A DNA stretch of 64,000 nt from positions 11,904,001 through 11,968,000 of the forward strand of contig OZ281498.1 of assembly GCA_965637545.1 (NCBI GenBank), in the 5' to 3' direction. Below, in pieces: positions 23,501 to 35,076 of this stretch. The position numbers and the translations under genes were made by a program. The stretch is from Phallusia mammillata (lineage: Eukaryota). Every line of letters starts with the position of its first letter. Position 1 is the stretch's first letter. The notes under the pieces were generated by a model. That model was not told where the DNA came from, searched no databases, and worked only from the letters and a program-made list of their open reading frames with translations.

Positions 23501-26500
23501 ACTGTTACTTTTATAATTGTTGTTACTTGGAATTAGGAAAAATCGATGTTGAGTTTTATTGTGTGATCTGTGAAAGTAATTTAACAAAATACTTCCTTCT
23601 TATTTGTGTGGTTTTTATGATATTGCTAGTGTTTTGTAAACAAACGGCTTTTGCTTCACTCAAGGGATATCTTTACTGATCTGTTAACCTTTGCTCCTAT
23701 TTACTTCTTATTTGTGAACAATTTTTATAACAGCTTTCAACATAACCATTGTGTTGCAGTGAGCAAATTGATTGGAACATTGATTCTGGAGTGCTGGCTG
23801 GCGTGGAATTGGAACTTAGAACAGAGAACAAAAGTTTCAATAAATCCACTAGAATTCTTCAGGCCAGCCACAATTTTGTAAGTAAAATCAAATGCCTTCC
23901 AATTTAAGTTCCAATGCGAGAAATAAACCACCAAGACAATATACCTAACAAGTAGAAAATGTATTCACAGTTTGTAACATATAGGCCTAACGTTGACTCT
24001 GGGTATTTTCATCATAAGAAATTACCCTTGCTTGTTTCGTTGCCGTTGTTAGCAAACAATTGGTTTCCCGGAATTATTTTACGCCACCAAATTCAGGGTA
24101 TCTACGTTACGTAATCCATGTTTATTTGCTGGTGTTTGTATGACATTCACTACGTTTCGATTACAAGGGCCCAAATTCCTCGAATTCCTGGTAACGGCAC
24201 TTAATACTTCTGCCTGTAGTTAAAGATCTTGGTTACCGCTTTGTACTGAAGCCAAGCTTATAATACATGCTTCTCTGAGCAAGATCAATGTTGTTACGAC
24301 TTGTTCTTGGTTTGCAGACTAATGAAGTTGATTATAGTATAAAGCTCTTATATAACTTGCTTCATAAGAATACTATTCTCGCGATATAGCTTTGATAATT
24401 AATATATTGAGCACAATCAACGTAAACATAATTTCAATTTGCCTGGTTTCTTAAAAAAGCGTTATGTGTGACACGTTTATGAAACTTGGTTGAAGGAAAC
24501 AGTTAGGTGATGTTGGTTATTTATATCGTCAGGTGAGGAAGACTTTCTTTGCACTGACGTATTGCGACCGATGCCGGAAGATTCTCTTCCAAGGAGTCAC
24601 GTGCAAAATGTGCGGATTTAAACTTCACCAGCGGTGTATTAGTGATGTTCCAGACTTCTGCATCACTCGAGGACAGATGATGAAACTCGAGTAAGTTAAT
24701 AGAAGACTTCTATTTAAAAAATAAAGCATGTATAGACCATTTAACCCGCGGTGGCAAAAAACAAAGCCCCGTTCTTTCGGCGCTTCTGGTTAAAGATGTA
24801 CAATAAGATATGTGTAACCTTGGTTCGTTTACTAAACTGATATTTTTTATTTGTCGAAAAACCATTAAGTGAACTACACTTACAGAAAGTGCAGTATTTA
24901 ATTTAAGACTGCAAGGGTACTGCAAAAACACGACTTGTCCAACTTGTATCTTTGCTGTGCACTTGGCAGTTGGCACCCATTGTCACTCATGAAATTTTAC
25001 TCGGAGATGCCGCAATTGACGGTGGCGTGCCTACGCTTTCTTGTCCTGCGTTCGACCTCAATCTCAATTCGGTTAACCCCATCATGCCCGTGCATCCCTG
25101 CGATTACCCACCCTAATGCACCCGAAAATGTTTACACCCACATAAACAGCTTGCAGTGGTTTGCACGGGCGATCCTAAGTCGCAACTAAGGCTCATTTGG
25201 GCGATTTAAGCCGGCGCGTCGTACACAAATAGCCCACATGCTAAATATTGCATGACACCGGTACCTCATGGTGCATGTGATGTTTGTTTGTTCAGCGTTT
25301 TAACACATCGCAAAGAGCCGCTAGCTGTACGATGGACCGGTTAATCCCCCCTACAGGGCGAACACATTGTACCATTTTTCCAATGGCCGAGATTCGAACT
25401 CTGTAATAAGCGTCGCTATTTGTAATTGCGCCGGCACGGTTTTGTGAAGGAAAGAAAAACATAGACACAGGCGTCCAAAGTCAACTCTTTGTGTGATGCA
25501 ATTTGGCTACAGTGTTTACCAGTTGCCGTTGGATTTCAGATTTGGAGTATTTGTCGCCGCTTTTCATACTCTCTTTCACATTAAATTAAACTCCAGTAAA
25601 ACAAAACATTTCTTGGTTTTGCAGGGAAAAAATCCGACCACAAACACCATCACCTGATTCTCCTAACACTCCCACAGAAATGAACAACTGGAATCAGTTT
25701 GGTGGGGTGAGTGCCTTGTCTTGTATCCCCCTTTGTTTCTAATACATAACCAGCTGTGTTTTGCGTCCAGCGTTATGTTGCAGCTAACACACAAATCCTC
25801 CTTCGTCTTGGCTGCAAAAGTTGTTAACCCTTGAATTTACGCAAAAAATCAATCAAAGTGTGACCGACTGTCCTAATTTTGCCAACTGTATTTAACCAAT
25901 GTGTTTTGTTTAGTTTGTTGTACATAAGTTTACAACCTTTTTTGGAATATGATGAAAATTTTGGAAGATGTATTTTTAGGTTACCTTCCCGTAAGGGAAA
26001 ATAACTTGTTGGCACTATTGTTCTAGTTGGCTTAACTGTTTATAGATTGGTATATCTATAGATTTATAGATTATGAAGCTATAATGTGTTTTCATAAACG
26101 CGTCTTGACATGATAGTGCATACTAGCTGATTGCAAGCTTAGATGACCTTAGGATTTCCCAACAAACAAACAATTGTAAAAAAAATACGCGACACAATTA
26201 ACGACTTGCAGTTTCACATTTCTTACTTGGGTCGCCCAAAGACCTGTAAGCTTCTTTTTATACAAAAGTGGTTCCCAACCTTTGGCACAGCTGCCTCTGG
26301 CGACGGTACTGTTCTGTGGTAGCCGAAAACGTCTCGCCAAAATGTTTGAATTATAACTTAACCAAAATAAAAAAAAGATTTAGACATACAAGGTATCAAA
26401 AGTTGATTTTTTCAAATTATTATGACACTGTTCACAGTTGGTGCATCACAAATTTGTAACTGAAATTAAATTGACCTGAGAAAAATGTGCCACCGATGCA

Positions 26501-29500
26501 TGGCTGGTCGTTTGCAGCAATCGGCTGGGACTTTCCAGCGGTAGGCAATGAAATGAAGGTTAGGGACCACTGGTTAACAAACTTATTCGCCACAAAGAAA
26601 TACCATTTACGAGTCGCAAAACTACATTTTAGTTTTGCGTCTATTTTTCTTTTTGCTCAAATCTGATGCTTTCATTGCTTCATCGGCACTTTGTTTGTTT
26701 GTTTGCGCAACAGGGCGAACAGTTTACCACCTTGCAAAGACCACGGTCGTCGTCGCAGCCAAGTCTCAGTATTCACAACATTGCTCCTGTTATGCCGGAT
26801 CAAGGGCCCGTACGTTTATACACGCTTTGCTTTGGGCTTCTCTTGTTTTTTGCATCGTGATCATGGCTCACACCCCGTCATACTTTTAACAGTTTGGTCT
26901 TTTTAACCGCGTCAAAGCGCGCACGTGTTGGCTTATGAAATCTCTAACCCGAAAGGAAATAGCTGAAAAAGCGATGGTATATGGTTTATGTTTTTGGGTG
27001 AACCAAAGCAAAACCTCCCAATCGATTATGCTTCATACTAAATTATTAACCACGGTTTTTGTTGCCAGCTGTTTTGGTTTTGCATGCCCAGGATAACAAC
27101 AATTTATTGATTTGGTAGCCACGTGATTTTTGGTTGTAAACTCATTGCTTGCTGATCTCTGGGTTTCATTCACATTTCTGATTGCCCGTGCCCGACCTAA
27201 CTTGCGTTTAAGTTTTTGCAATTTTTGAGTTTAATCCGTTACGAGCTTTAGTTTGCACGCACTAAATTGGTTCCATCGCCTTATGAGCATCTTTCCCAAC
27301 TTAACATTATTATCCATGTTAGTGCTTCGCATCAGTATCTCATAATTTGGCTTTTGTTCCATGGATATTTTGCCAACTTGTACGAAGTCATTCATCATGC
27401 TATTTTTATTTAACCTTTAAATACAATTTCTCTTATTGCAGGATTTTGGAGCATTCCCTCCTTCACACGGTAAGTTATCCGTTTCAGTGAAGTAGTAATT
27501 TGCATGACTTGTCTGTCATACGTCACGCAGTGCACGCGATCCTCTCTTACTCTCCCCAAACTTCCAGTATTCCTATGCAATGATTTACATAAGGGGGTAT
27601 AAACGGCAAAAGGGCCTGACCATTACGCAACGCGGTTTTGAATTCACACAGAACCCGAGCCAGTTCTCAACAGTCCGCCCATGGGCACATCGCGCCGTTG
27701 TCATTCGACGACATCAAATCCCAGTGATCATGAGCCTAAACCCCGCTCTTCCAGACGCCACCGCCCGCCTCACTTAAAAGAACCTAGCCTGGCCGGTGGT
27801 ATTCTTATGCACGCTGGTTCCCTTGAGCTACTCAACCGAGCAGTTCTAAGTGTTGAGGCCAAGCGCTCATCGAGGCGTATGGATGATAAACGGAGCCAGC
27901 AAGGTTTTTCTTTTCGAGCGAAACTAATTTGCGTAGAAGCCAATTGTTCGCCGGCTTTTAGTGATTGTTTTCACGTTTATTGCCACGAATAATTTGTTCA
28001 GTGGGTGGTAGACTGCTTGGGACCGATCACCCGAGTTAAATTTGCGGTGCTTGTTGTAATTTGGAGTGGTTTTAATTTGATAGTTTTGGTCACGTGATTT
28101 CTGAACGAAAATCTCCATAAATCTAATTTGCTGTTCAAATGTGTTATTGTGTTGTGATTTCAAAATGGTGTGGAAAACAAGGATTTAATCAGTCGGATGT
28201 GCTCCTACCGACAAATTGAGATTTCAATGCCGGGCAGATCGAAATTCAATAAATCACCGTCCTTTAAACATGATTTTAAACAACAAAGTATAAATTTGTC
28301 AATTTAAACATTAATTAAAACCAAAATTAAGGGCTTCAGAATTAGTTTACTCAGTAAAATAAAACCTAATTTGTCCGACAATAATCGAAAAGTTTGTCAA
28401 GATATCAAGCAAAGATGTGAAAACGGTATTTGTTTCAACGCACTGTAGTGGTGTTAGCGAGTTCAGAAACTTTTTCTGACTCAAAGCACACTGTACGTAG
28501 TACAATATTAAACTTATTTTTGAAATTGCTATTAACAAGTTTTAATCACTTACCAGTAGTTAATCAGCACACGGTTAATAGCAACGAAAAATAATGCAAT
28601 CGTGCACATGTTGTATATCAACAATTTTCACTTTGAATCATTGTAGGTTACCAAGGCAACAACCCGACGTCGGCTGTGGCCAGTTTACCGGCTCCCGTTG
28701 TTATTTACCGACCTCAGGTTGCGCATCGAGGGGTAAGTGCACGAAATCGATCTTACATTGACACAAAAAGCAAGTTCGATGTAAAATAGTGTTAGCCAAA
28801 TAATGCTTGCTAAAATTTTAAACCTTGAAGTTTTTATTAAACCTTACATATGACAATATTTGTGTCTCTTAACGAGATATTGCGTCAGGTCAATATTACG
28901 CCATCATTACGTATGTTTACAGCATTCGCCCCGTCGGGACTCCAACGAAGATTGGGAGGTGCCGGACAAGGAGATTGAGTGGGGTGAAAAGATCGGCTCA
29001 GGATCCTACGGGATCGTATATAGGTGTCGGTGGCACGGTATCGTCGCCGTCAAAGTGCTCAACGTTTCCGATCCCACCCCGTCCCAACTGCAAGAGTTTA
29101 AAAACGAAGTTGCAGTTTTAAGGTTTGGAATTATTTACCGCTTAACCTGTTTTATCTTTAAACTTGTCCGTCGATGCAACTATGTATACAGTGAAATAAA
29201 ATGTCGCCACATTGCATTGTTAGTACGATCAAATTTTAATTGTAAACCCACAAACGGAAGTTTTTGTGCATATCATAAGCCAGGCTTATTGAAGGCATTG
29301 TACTGAATCAAGGCGGTCTCCTAAACATACCCAAGGTATACATGAATGCTCTAGGGCTGATTCCAGTTGTAAATGAATAAACTGGTTTGAGGGATATGAA
29401 CGAATGAAACTACATTGTAAATGAAACGAATATTTGTATATTGTATAAATACTGGAGTCGGTTTTCGTTCTGACTTCGTGTCCTAAGACAGGTGGTCTCG

Positions 29501-32010
29501 TTTGCATTTCACTTTAATGGTTCTCCTACCCCGGAGGTGGAAAATGCTAGTTTGAAATCGCCAAACTGCAAATACATTGTATGTTTATTCATTTGATAAG
29601 TTTTAATTGATCTTATATACCTCATTTGCCCTTTAATTTGGGGTTGTCGGAATTACACGAGCTTTTAAAACTGTCGGAAAAGTATGAACCTTCAAAAATA
29701 TACGGGTTATACGAGAGCCAAAATCAGTACTTTTCTGTATTTTAGGAAAACGCGTCACGTGAATATTCTCCTCTTCATGGGATATACAATCAAGAACCAA
29801 CTCTGTATCGTGACACAATGGTGCGACGGTTCAAGTCTCTATCGCCATCTGCATGTGCTCGATACCAAATTTGATATGCTACAAACTATAGACATCGCTC
29901 GACAGGCTGCACAGGGAATGGAGTAAGTGCTCGTTCAACGCTGCGCATGTAATAGCTTCATTTGTTTATCTTTACTTTTATTTTTCAGATACCTTCACGC
30001 CAAGAATATCATTCACCGCGATATGAAATCTAACAGTATCCTTTTTTATTTTATTGATAGAACCCCCAAAACAGCGGTTCTCAAACTGGGGTCCGCGGTC
30101 CTTTTGGGGTCCGTGAGGCAATTTTGGGGGACCGCGAAAAGGTTGAAGTAATTCTATAATCTTATTTGGCGTCAGTTTGTGCCACCAAATTAGTTTATGT
30201 CAAAGTAGGATTGAGCATCGACTGTCTCCATTGCTAAACAATAGCCTTTATTGCATGGCAGCTAAGAAAAAAGCAATTGTTCGCGCACAATCGTGATGTT
30301 TTTTTGTCTTGTCAGTGATGTCACAAGCTGTTTTTGGGTCATTGTTATGCCCTGATTTGCATAACTAGCTAAAATCCTGCAATCGGCTTTCGTTTTTCTG
30401 AAATACACTTTCAGGCTTAAGGACCGCGAGCCCTCGAAATATTGACAAAGGGACCGTTTTGAAAACATAATAAAAATGTTTTAGAACCACTGCCCCAAAA
30501 TATTCCTTGTTTCCTTGTTTGTCAATACAGGGATAGAATGTGGCTACCACCAAAATACCATTTCATGTGTACTATAGTCATCTTAAGAAAGCGTTTCTTG
30601 AAGTCCCATATTTGCCTTTTCTACCACGGATAAGCTGTAGATATAAGCGCAATAATTAATATACCTTATTACTTTGTATAACTTTGTAAAATATGATACA
30701 TTTTCATGGTTGGTTAAGGAACTTGGGCTTTACAACCAAACAAATGAAAGAATTTTGTCCGATTAAATTTAGACCACTGGAGGCGTTTGGAGCAAGAAAC
30801 TTGCTGTCATGCGCTCATGATCCAAAACCGCAATATGCAAGATTTTATTTGTGAAAAAAAGACGACTGTGTTTGTCCTTAACTGGTCGCTTGCAGACATT
30901 TTTCTTCTCGAAGACTACACTGTAAAGATCGGAGACTTCGGTCTGGCCACCGTCAAATCGCGCTGGTCTGGATCAGAACAAGTTATGCAGCCCACTGGCT
31001 CTATCCTTTGGATGGCCCCAGAAGTTCGTATAAAACTCCTAAATATATACGTTTACACATAATATTGTCTGAAGTTAATTAAATTAAATCATGAATTTAA
31101 TATTTTTTATATCACTGTTTGCACAAAAAAATATATCACAAATCACATTCCTGTTGCAGTTTTAAACAAGTATTTTGATGTGCAACTTTAAACGTTTTGT
31201 GCTTGTAAAAACAGCGAAATCCTGCTGGTAACGAGTGTGTTATGATGCGTAATGATTTACTCGGTTGTTCGTTCAGGTAATTCGAATGACAGACGGCAAC
31301 CCCTATACATTCCAATCTGACGTATATGCGTTTGGTGTTGTGATGTTTGAGCTCACAAGCGGCACTCTTCCCTACAGTCACATCGGAAACAGGGACATGG
31401 TCGGTGGATTTATAAACGTGCATTGCAGATCGAGCAAGATCTACAATTGATATGTCTATTGTTATCTGTATTAATAAAATTGTATATTATTGACAAATAG
31501 CCCATAACGGCCAAAACGACTTAAAGGTGACATGCTTTTACTGTTGAAACGTTTCGTCTCATTCCACCATCAGTGACTTTATGTTATATCGTGTAGATTC
31601 TCTTTCAAGTTGGCCGTGGATTTCTTCGACCTGAACTCGAGAGCATTCGGGCGGGCACTCCTCGTGCTTGCAAACGACTTATTGTCGACTGCATCAAGAG
31701 AAATAGAGACGAACGGCCATTATTTCCCCAGGTATTGTTTATTTCCTGACTAGTCCGGTACAAGAAAAGAAGTGTCTAGAAATTTAAAATAATTATTTGT
31801 TGAAAAAGTCTTCGTTCTTTCCTCTCTTATAAAAAAATCAATTTGTAGATCTGGACTTCGTTGGACGACATATACCGAGCACTGCCACGTATCTGTCGCA
31901 GCCAATCAGATCCAGGCTGTTTAAACAGGCCTGGTATGTCGGTGGAAGATTTCTTTCGAATGCCCAAGACACCACTTACACAAAACTCTTTCACGTTTAT
32001 CAGTCCTTAA
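20578..32010 (+). CDS. Raf: Raf serine/threonine kinase (B-Raf-like MAP3K), 19 coding exons, about 762 aa (about 798 aa with the longer exon 11)
   Basis: Exons 20578-20649, 21478-21579, 22321-22510, 22777-22907, 23272-23381, 23760-23877, 24533-24690, 25625-25706, 26714-26809, 27442-27469, 27652-27795 (or 27903), 28647-28732, 28923-29122, 29746-29922, 29989-30035, 30896-31023, 31277-31399, 31597-31731, 31849-32010, all phase-consistent. Motifs: BRS-like [14 protein letters not shown]; [12 protein letters not shown]; C1 [19 protein letters not shown]...[12 protein letters not shown]; CR2 RSSSQP; kinase [41 protein letters not shown]; C-terminal RSQSDP and PKTP; TAA at 32008-32010. Confidence 0.97.
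20841..21152. mobile_element. hAT-type MITE in the Raf intron after coding exon 1
   Basis: TIR CAGGGGTGGGCAACC / GGTTGCCCACCCATG; TSD CTGTAAAC vs CTGGAAAC (7/8). Confidence 0.85.
26266..26572. mobile_element. Older hAT-type MITE in a Raf intron
   Basis: Degenerate TIRs AAGTGGTTCCCAACCTT / AAGGTTAGGGACCACTG of the same type as 7483-7769; the TSD is eroded. Confidence 0.6.
30036..30895 (+). other. U12-type (minor spliceosome) GT-AG intron in the Raf kinase domain
   Basis: 5' site GTATCCTTT at 30036; branch point TCCTTAAC at 30875-30882, 13 nt before the end of the intron (TTGCAG); almost no polypyrimidine tract; phase 1 inside HRDMKSN/N-IFL. Confidence 0.92.
30072..30492. mobile_element. hAT-type MITE (421 bp) inside the U12 intron
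   Basis: TIR CAGCGGTTCTCAAAC / GTTTTAGAACCACTG; perfect TSD CCCCAAAA at 30064-30071 and 30493-30500. Confidence 0.9.
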
Positions 32011-33216
32011 CCCTCGCGCAACACAATGCCAGCGACCTTCTTCACCACAGAGCCACGGGTTATAGGCTCTAAAGCACTCCGCAGTGGCTTTAATGGGAAA
32101 GGAGCCCGGCTTAACTGTTAGTGACGTAATCCATTCTCGCGTGCAACGTAATTCCAGTAGTATTTATTCGAATAATAAGCCAGTCTGTTTGTAATTTTGC
32201 TGGACGCGACACGCCCAAAACACATCTACATTTATAATCAAGCTCTTAGATGAAATTATCAGTTTTTCGACATTGAACTTTACGTGTATTTACGTGTCCC
32301 TTGTCTGGTGGTCAGAAAAGTACGTTACTCCTGTCCATGACACAGCACTTCAAATTCTGCAGCAGCACGCGGCTTATATTGCTTATAACTGCGCTGCTGC
32401 AATCTTTGCGTTGCCTGAAAAAAAATTAATATGGAGCATAGTCTAGTTCAGCACAGTGCACGTCGACTTTGAATGTTCAGCGTGTTTTATCACTGAAACC
32501 ACAATAGGTCGTTTACCATAGCTGGACCGTGTCATCTTATTAACAAACTGATACAGGCAATGTACACATACAAGCCTTCATTTGGACACACGTCATAAAA
32601 ACAAGTCACTTTTTAAAGGCGAAAGTTCAAAACGAATTTCTCCACTATTTCCTAATAACGAATGACAGGCGGCAGATCGTCCTATACATAAGTGCTAATG
32701 TACAAAATGAGTGCATCATGTGAAACTGCACTTGTAGACGGTGCCGTAAAAGTATTCTGACGAGTAAGACGCAACGCTTATGCTTTTATGATTCAGCTAT
32801 AGACATTTAGCATACTTACCGTTTGACCTGCAGCGCAGGTTGCTTCCGTTTATCAACCGCATTTGTGTACTGTTTAGGCAAATGCTTCTGATGCAAGAAT
32901 TTTAGCGTGGAAACAGTTATCAAGTGTTTATTCGGGATCGCGGTGAAACATTGCGCTTTTGCAATGCGGGTACTGATATTGATATTATACGTTTTTAATC
33001 GAAAAAATCGAAGCGCTCCTCCGTTCTATTCTTCTCCACGACAAATCAGTTACGTTCGTGTTGTGATTTTCCCTTTGCTGTCTTGTAATTGCCCGCAATA
33101 CAAATACGCGATAGACCGTAGACTTGTTTTTTGGGAAAGTTGAAGTTACAGCCAGAATTGACTTAGGTTTTGATTGATTAAATCAGCTTTAGATGTCCTG
33201 ATGTCATGAATACAAG

Positions 33217-33403
33217 CAGGGGTGCGATTCAAATTTTTGTTCAGCCGGTTCTATCACGAAAGTCGTATTTTTCAGCCGGTTCTGTTACAAAAAGTCATAT
33301 TTCCATTGACAATAACCAGTAATACTAACCGGTTCGCTGATCTCATAAAATTTCGTGAGACGGTTCCATAGAACCTGTGCGAACCGGCTGAATCCCAGCA
33401 CTG
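33217..33403. mobile_element. hAT-type MITE, family B, copy 1 (intergenic)
   Basis: Termini CAGGGGTGCGATTCA / TGAATCCCAGCACTG; TSD AATACAAG vs GATACAAG (7/8); repeated CCGGTT subterminal motifs; internal homology to 63522-63669. Confidence 0.85.
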
Positions 33404-35076
33404 GATACAAGGATCTTCGGAAAATTAATAGAAAAAATAAAAACTCAACGCAAGTTTAAGCAGTTAAACAAAATCTGATTGTGGAAAACTTTTACAATTG
33501 ATTGCGAACCATTCAGCCGATTAGCAAACATTGTACTAATATCAGGCGAAAGTGGCCATTGTCCGCGACGACAATACACGGCCAAGTGGCGCTAGTAAGC
33601 AGAACATTCGTGTATACTTACCGCTCGGAAAAACAACAACTTGAGTTTGTGTTTCTGATCCGTGCCTCAATGCTTACAAAAATCGAACATATCGTTGTGT
33701 TATCAATTGAAAGTGTGCCTCTGTTTTCGCACAAATTAACCTAGTCTAAGGTTTGAGGGTGATGAAATATTTGTATCGTTGCTCAGTAAATAGGTACGAG
33801 AAAAAGTCATTTATGTTGACCTGTCCATAAATCAGTCACTGAGTTTACTTTTTCATCGTACAATGTTACCATACAAACCACACCTGTTTACATTTGTGAA
33901 ACCAAAACAAGCCCAAAGTAGTTGGTATCTAATGTTTAAGCGATGTACGACAATTTGACAGGCAGATAGTACTGCCCTAACTGATCTGTAACGAACAATA
34001 TTTTTATGCATCAATCCATAATGTTGTTGGCTGCAAAATTTTTATTGGTGTTAAATAAACCTTGTTCGTGTGAGCAAGCAATTTGTGCTTACTAAAAGAT
34101 CTTTTGTAGTCAGGTTGCCAATTAATTGATTTACACGTGAAATTGTTTCTGTTGTGCTGCTTATCGATTGTCTACTTGCGGTAATTACGCGTTTTTTTGT
34201 TTCACCAACCTTGTGCATGAAGTTGAATCTCCGCGACGCGCTATCTAAAGCGGAATGCCACGAAAAGACCATCCAACAATTAATTACCGACTTTGTGGTG
34301 AGGAGTGATGCAGAAGCTTAAGAGAAAGGCGAAACGTAAGAAAAACGATCACAGTAAAATTTAATAGGTAAACAGAGTAGAGTCGTGTTATAGGGGACAA
34401 AAAGATCTGTGTTACCTTTCAGGCACCAGGTTAAAAGAGTTGTGTTAAGCACCAGAGGAGCCAACCGCTAGCAGGGTAAACGCTTATTACGTTAACGAGC
34501 AGGTAATATGCGCTAGGTTCAGTAATGGCTGGCTCAAATTTAGGCGTGTTTTAGTAGTTGTATCCCTGAGGCTAAACGCAGCGTCGTAAAGTATCCACAT
34601 TTACAAAGGAAGTCCACGCCTAACTCATGTTACGTTATATGAAGGCAGCTTGATATTAAAATGCTGAGAGGAGTATGTAGTATACATGTTGAAAGCTACA
34701 ACAGTACAATCCAAACCAGTATAGATCAGCTATAGAGTAATCTGCCTGAGGACATACTGAACGTTATTTAGCGGGTATATGAAATCCCTGACATTGATAA
34801 AATCTTTTTCAGCCAGTGGACCTCGATGTGCGATATTTATTAATCTTATCTATGCTTGTTAATAACAGCATACCTCACTAATTGTTTTGGTGTCACTTTC
34901 AAACTCGCCTTGCGAGATTTAAGTGGAGGAATTACACTAACTTTGCACCAGGAATGCTAATTTCAAGAGCAAGTGGCTTGCCCGCCCACAGCCTACCTCC
35001 GTTTTTGACTAACCTTCAAGAAAGAAAAAAGAAAAAGATAGAAGCTCGAAACCGCCGGCCGGCTTTGTTTCACGGA

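Noticed and set aside
34882-35076. Upstream extension of the ORF before MKCQYF
   Set aside because: It starts at TTG, and the ATG at 35077 directly begins a signal peptide, so the extension is probably UTR or promoter.
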